From NCBI RefSeq assembly GCF_009914755.1, contig NC_060942.1: a stretch of DNA of 64,000 nt; one strand, 5' to 3'. This document shows positions 59,252 to 64,000 of this stretch, in pieces. A model generated the notes under the pieces. The model was given only the letters and a program-made list of their open reading frames with translations, did no database searches and had not been told where the DNA came from. Origin of the DNA: the human T2T-CHM13v2.0 reference genome, Homo sapiens. Every line of letters begins with the position of its first letter. The stretch's first letter is position 1. The position numbers were made by a program, and so were the translations under genes.

Positions 59252-59252
59252 A
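59214..59252. repeat. T18-A21 self-complementary homopolymer junction
   Basis: Read directly. Confidence 0.95.
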
Positions 59253-59749
59253 CATCGACCAGAAAGCTTTGTTGTCTAGGAAAGGGTAAAAGGATGTCTG
59301 GCTGAATTGGAATTGACAAAACTAGGCAACTCAGACAGGGCAGTCTCAGGAGCAGCCTTTAACCACAAAAGAGATATTGAAGGCGATGCAATCAATAGAG
59401 CTAGAGCGGACAGGGGAGGAAGATGATGAAACCCATCAAATTCAATCACTGGGCAGAAGTGGTCAGCGTCAGCTTCCTCAGGAAGGGTCACTCGATGCCA
59501 GCCCCCCTTCAGGGACTTTGACCTTCCCTGCTGATTACCTTAGGATCACAAAATTTTAGTGTCGGGAGAGAATAATGCATGCTACACTGGGATCCCTTTC
59601 GCTGTGGCCTAGATGAGTGAGTTTCCTGGACTCATGGGTTACAGAGATGCCAACTCACCTGCCTAATGTATTTGATTACTGTGACCTTTCTTCCTGAAGA
59701 TATATTCATTTATTCATTAATTTGTTCACTCGTAAGTTACTCCCATCCA

Positions 59750-60109
59750 TAGTAGGTTTCAGGAAATCTGTCTACAGATTCTTCACGACTTCTCCCATCA
59801 AGAAATGGAGTCTGTTTCACCCTGATTTGGCTCCTGACCTGGCCTAACAGAACAGGGAAGATGAGAGAGAGACACGTGGAGAGACATGTGGCGAGAGTCC
59901 CTAACTGTCCTAGTCATCTTGGCAGTGTCTGAACCCAGGCATGTGTTCGAGCACAGCCGACATCATGTGAAGAGGAAGAGATGAGCTCAGCTGAGCCCAG
60001 CCCAAAATGCTGACCCACGGAGTCCTTCACGAACAAAAGGACTCATAATAGACATTTTAAGACAATAAGTTTTGGGTAGTTTATTATGTAACCCAAGCTA
60101 ATTGATATA
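59750..60109 (+). mobile_element. MLT1G/H-like LTR
   Basis: CTCCCATCAAGAAATGGAGTCTGTTTC…CAGCTGAGCCCAGCCCAAAATGCTGACCCAC…TAAGTTTTGGGTAG. Confidence 0.75.
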
Positions 60110-60929
60110 CCTTTTAAAGATAAATTTAAGAAGACTCAAAATAGAAAGGATACAGAAATATTTTTTGCAGAATCTCTCAGGGCTACTGGAGGACCACTAA
60201 CAAAGTTTAACAGAAAAGATGAACTATCTTAAAACTGTCCTAATAAATGGTCCATGAGCATCAAGAATACAGTCAGGCAAAACTCCAAGTACATTTTGAT
60301 TGCACTTAGAAAACATCCCTCCAAATGACTGCATTGTAACAAGAAAACAATGGTATGCATGGTTTTTATAGAGGGGGCTCTCAGAAGCAAAAGAAAGAGA
60401 GGCACTCTCTGTCACTGGGAGGGTGAGGTGCAGAGTATGTCAGGGCATCTCTTAAGTGGTGGGTATGTGCCTACAGCAGAGTGGGATGCATCTGGCTATG
60501 AGCTTGATCACGTGCTCAAATTTACCCACTTTCTCTCCTTGCTCTGTTCCCTTTTCATCAAACAACGCTTGGATTATGATTTGGCTTCCTGGATATATTT
60601 GTCTACAGGGAAGAACATGTTATCCACCACCACCATCTCGTCTATTTAATAGTTGTATTTCTTATTGTATATTAATGAATTGAGCTTCTGTGCTTTATCG
60701 ATTGTTTCTGTAAGCTTGATTAACGCATTTGTTGTGCTACTCGTTTGATTTTGAGCCTGGAGTGAAAAGAATGGTGAATTCACCAAACACACATCCTCTT
60801 TAAGGGCCAGTCAGGCTCTTTGACTGGTAATACTTGACCTCATTTGTACCTTGTCTTCAAACTGCAGCAGAGTTCAGATCCCTGATGCACAAAGCAATGC
60901 TCTTTTCACTTCTCCTTGTTGTTAATTAT

Positions 60930-61175
60930 AATACTAGCTAATGTTTCTTGAAGGCTCACTAGGTACCAGACATTGCTTTAAAGGCTTTCCATGGATAACC
61001 TTATTGAAAATTCACAATGACCCTAAGAGTAAGGCTATTCTAATTTTACAAATGAGGACACTGAAAGCCAGAAAAATTTGTAACTTTCCCAAGGTCACAG
61101 AGACAGAAGAGGGCTGGGATTCAGACCTAAGAGCTGAGATTCAGAAAGCTTTGCCTATGACCACCAAGCTACATT
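60930..61175 (-). mobile_element. MIR
   Basis: TTTTACAAATGAGGACACTGAAAGCCAG…TAACTTTCCCAAGGTCACA. Confidence 0.8.
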
Positions 61176-62788
61176 GCTTGGCCTGCTAGGCATCGTGCTT
61201 TTTCTCTCATTCCTTCTCTTTAAGAAGAAATCCAGAACACCTCCAAATACCTATGAAATTAAACCAAAGTCCTCTATGTGGCTTTCAAGGCCCTCTGTAA
61301 TCTGATCTCAACATATTGATAGAACTTCAACTCCCATGTCTCATTTAACTTTAACAATCAATTACTTGAAATGTTTTACATGCCAGACATCAGGTTCTGT
61401 GCTGACAGCGAAACAAAGATGAGTAAAAGACTTTGTAAACTAAATAGCAGGTGAAACCCAAATCTGTGAAATATGACCAGAAAAACTAGGCAGAAAGTAA
61501 ATGACACTGTAAACATTTATAGCAGAAGAAATTCACTTCTGACATGAAGAGGAGACAGGTTATAAGACACCTGAATAAGGATTCTGCTGGACCAAGAGGA
61601 AAAAGAAAACAATTCATTACAGATAAGAAGAACACTATAAGCCTAGACAAGATCTTAAAAGCACCATGGCCATTATAGGAACAGTAAATGGACAAGTATG
61701 ATAAAAGCAAGGGGTATGATTGCAATGAATGTGAAAAATAATCCTGAAGTTGCGGACAGGTAAGAGTTTAGATATGAAGTGATAGGTCTGGTCTGAGAAG
61801 AGAAATTGCATATTGTGATTTTAGTACATTCACAGTGAGCTGATTGTTGGAATCTTGAGAATTGTGAGGATATGAATGTAGACTAGCAAAAGTAACTAGA
61901 GTTAGAAAGAACTAATCCTTCAGTTCCCTTTTATTACCTGGCTCCCTGGCATCCTGGCAAACCTGATGAAGAATAGTGAGATGCCGCAGGCAATAACTCA
62001 TGTTTCCTGAGGTGCATTCCAGGGTTCAGTATTCACTTGAAATTCTCCTCAGTTGATGCTTTCCAGGGTCATAATGTTGATGATAGTACTAGTATATACT
62101 CTTCTTATATATTTGCAAAGCCAAACAAGATATTAAAGACTCCAAAAAGTTCTGCAGCACAAAAATGTGTTTAGCTCTATTTAGCTTATTTTCCCAAACT
62201 AGTTGTTATTCAATTTACCTTGATTCCTGCAAACACTGTTATTATCTCATGGGTTAGTGTTCCCTTGTGTTGAAGCTTTGGGAATCTTCTATCTAAGTGA
62301 TGTCTTTGATGAAATAAATGCTGCAATGCATCTTCTCCTCCAATTTGGGAACAGTGGACAGAACACAGAACTCACACCGGGGCAGCTTAGCTCTGGCCCT
62401 CAGGACTGACCAACAGTGTGATTTGGGATGAATAATGGAGCTGAATCAATATTTTCCCATAGGCTGAGTGGGGCTGATGACTCCCGTCTTCTCTCCTACA
62501 AGCATCACAGGAATGGAGTGAGCTCACAGGTTGATAGTGTTTCATATATACAGGGAGGGCTGCTGGTTTTATGCACTGAGGTTTTAGTCTGAATACTGAA
62601 CCAGGTCAGGAGTGTGTTAATATTATAACCAGATAATTTATTTGTACCATTGTCTCTAAACTCAAGTGATCTGAAATAATATGGTTTCAGTATTGGCCCC
62701 TAATCTTGAGTAATCTCATAAAAGCAGAATTAATTTTAAGAATAAGGAGACATAGTCTGGCTGCCAATTGCCCTAAAAATGATCTGTG

Positions 62789-63326
62789 TGAAGGGGCTCA
62801 GGATATGCCCCTCAAAATATGTCACTTTGGTATATTGATTGTTTTGAGCTGAAAGTGATACGGAAGCAGCAGATGCAAGACGAGCTTTCTGCCTAAAAGC
62901 AGGGCATAAATTTTCCTTTGTAAAGGGGCCTCCTCATCCCCTACCAGGAAGTGCTGAACAACTGTCATCACTAGAGATAGCCTAGGTCTTCATAACGAAC
63001 CTTACCAAACAACTCTTATCTACTACACATTTCCTAGTCACCTTCTCATAGTTTACCATCTGTAGGAACCCAAACTACCTTTATCTCCACTTAGGCACTT
63101 AGCCAGTTTATTACCATTGGTTAACATAGCATATAAGCCCTCAGAACCAGCTGTCTCTTTGAGCTTTTACATATCTTCTGTGAAGCCCCTATGTGTGTAA
63201 AAATATTAACATCAATACAGAAACATATGCCTTTTCTTCTGTTAATCTATATTTCATCTGTTTAATTTGCTGGCCCCCCGGCTGCAGAACCTGAGAGGGC
63301 AGGGGGAAATGTTTTATTCTTCTAAA
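62789..63326 (+). mobile_element. MER34-family solo LTR (ERV1)
   Basis: TGAAGGGGCTCAGGATATGCCCCTCAAAATATG…TTTTGAGCTGAA…CTGTTAATCT; 4-bp TSD TGTG at 62785-62788 and 63327-63330. Confidence 0.82.
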
Positions 63327-63958
63327 TGTGCAAAGGTCCTACATTGGAAACTTGAGAAACAGGATTCTAATGCAGAAACAGGCATTTATTCTGATTTGAC
63401 TGGGGCAAGCCAGTTATCTTTCGTTGCTGCTACTTCATGATATTTGGAAGGAGGATTTTTGACTAGGCTAAGGTCAAATTCCTCTCTGGATCTAGCACCG
63501 ATGTTTATATTAGTGCACAAAAGCACTCCTCCACTTTTGTGATCATGAAGAAGGGACACGTTAAAGAGTGATGGAGGATTTCAAATCCTCTCTTATTCTG
63601 AAGAGACGTTGAGGATTTCTGATCTCATTTTCTCACAAGTGTAGACTTTTCTTAAAGGAAGGAATCCAGATTCAGTATGTAAATGCACTATTGGAAAGTT
63701 GGAGTTTTTATGTTTAATTTCCTGGTAAGTTTCTAAAGCCCAGTGAGTACCTGTTGGACTCCTTTGGTACAACTATCTACTCTACCTTTAGCATCTATTC
63801 TGATACCTGGTTATCAGCTTAGAATTCACCTCCTAACTACAGAGGATCTGCCATATTAATTCCTGAGCTCCAGAGATTAGGGACTATCATGCTTTGGCTG
63901 ATCTAAATTTCCAAGAAGGTAAGCCCCCTTCCCAGAGCCCCAGTAAAGAAAAGTAAGA

Positions 63959-64000
63959 TGGGAGGCCAAGGTGGGAGAATCACTTGAGCCCAAAAGTTTG
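63959..64000 (+). mobile_element. AluJ/FLAM fragment cut by the window edge
   Basis: GGGAGGCCAAGGTGGGAGAATCACTTGAGCCCA. Confidence 0.75.

Overview
Repeat-rich, CpG-depleted primate (human-like) genomic DNA, intergenic or deep-intronic. I see no credible protein-coding exon, RNA gene or CpG island. The long ORFs are LINE-1 ORF2, ERVL pol or Alu read-throughs. Identifiable content: a nested pair of 5'-inverted L1s (L1PA3-like inside L1PA7-like, 3.5-8.5 kb), MaLR LTRs (MST, THE1, MLT1), an ERVL pol remnant, a MER34-like solo LTR, Alus, MIR/L2/CR1 fossils, hAT and mariner MITEs, and microsatellites. The most notable structure is a 750-bp inverted duplication (33923-34672 vs 37114-37866), apparently identical except for poly(A) length. 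It carries an AluY, was pasted into a MIR, and flanks a 2.4-kb potentially invertible segment. Two smaller inverted templated copies lie within the same 7 kb. I found no new gene system; the best leads are structural-variation and template-switching signatures. Subfamily names are from recalled consensus sequences, not a database search.
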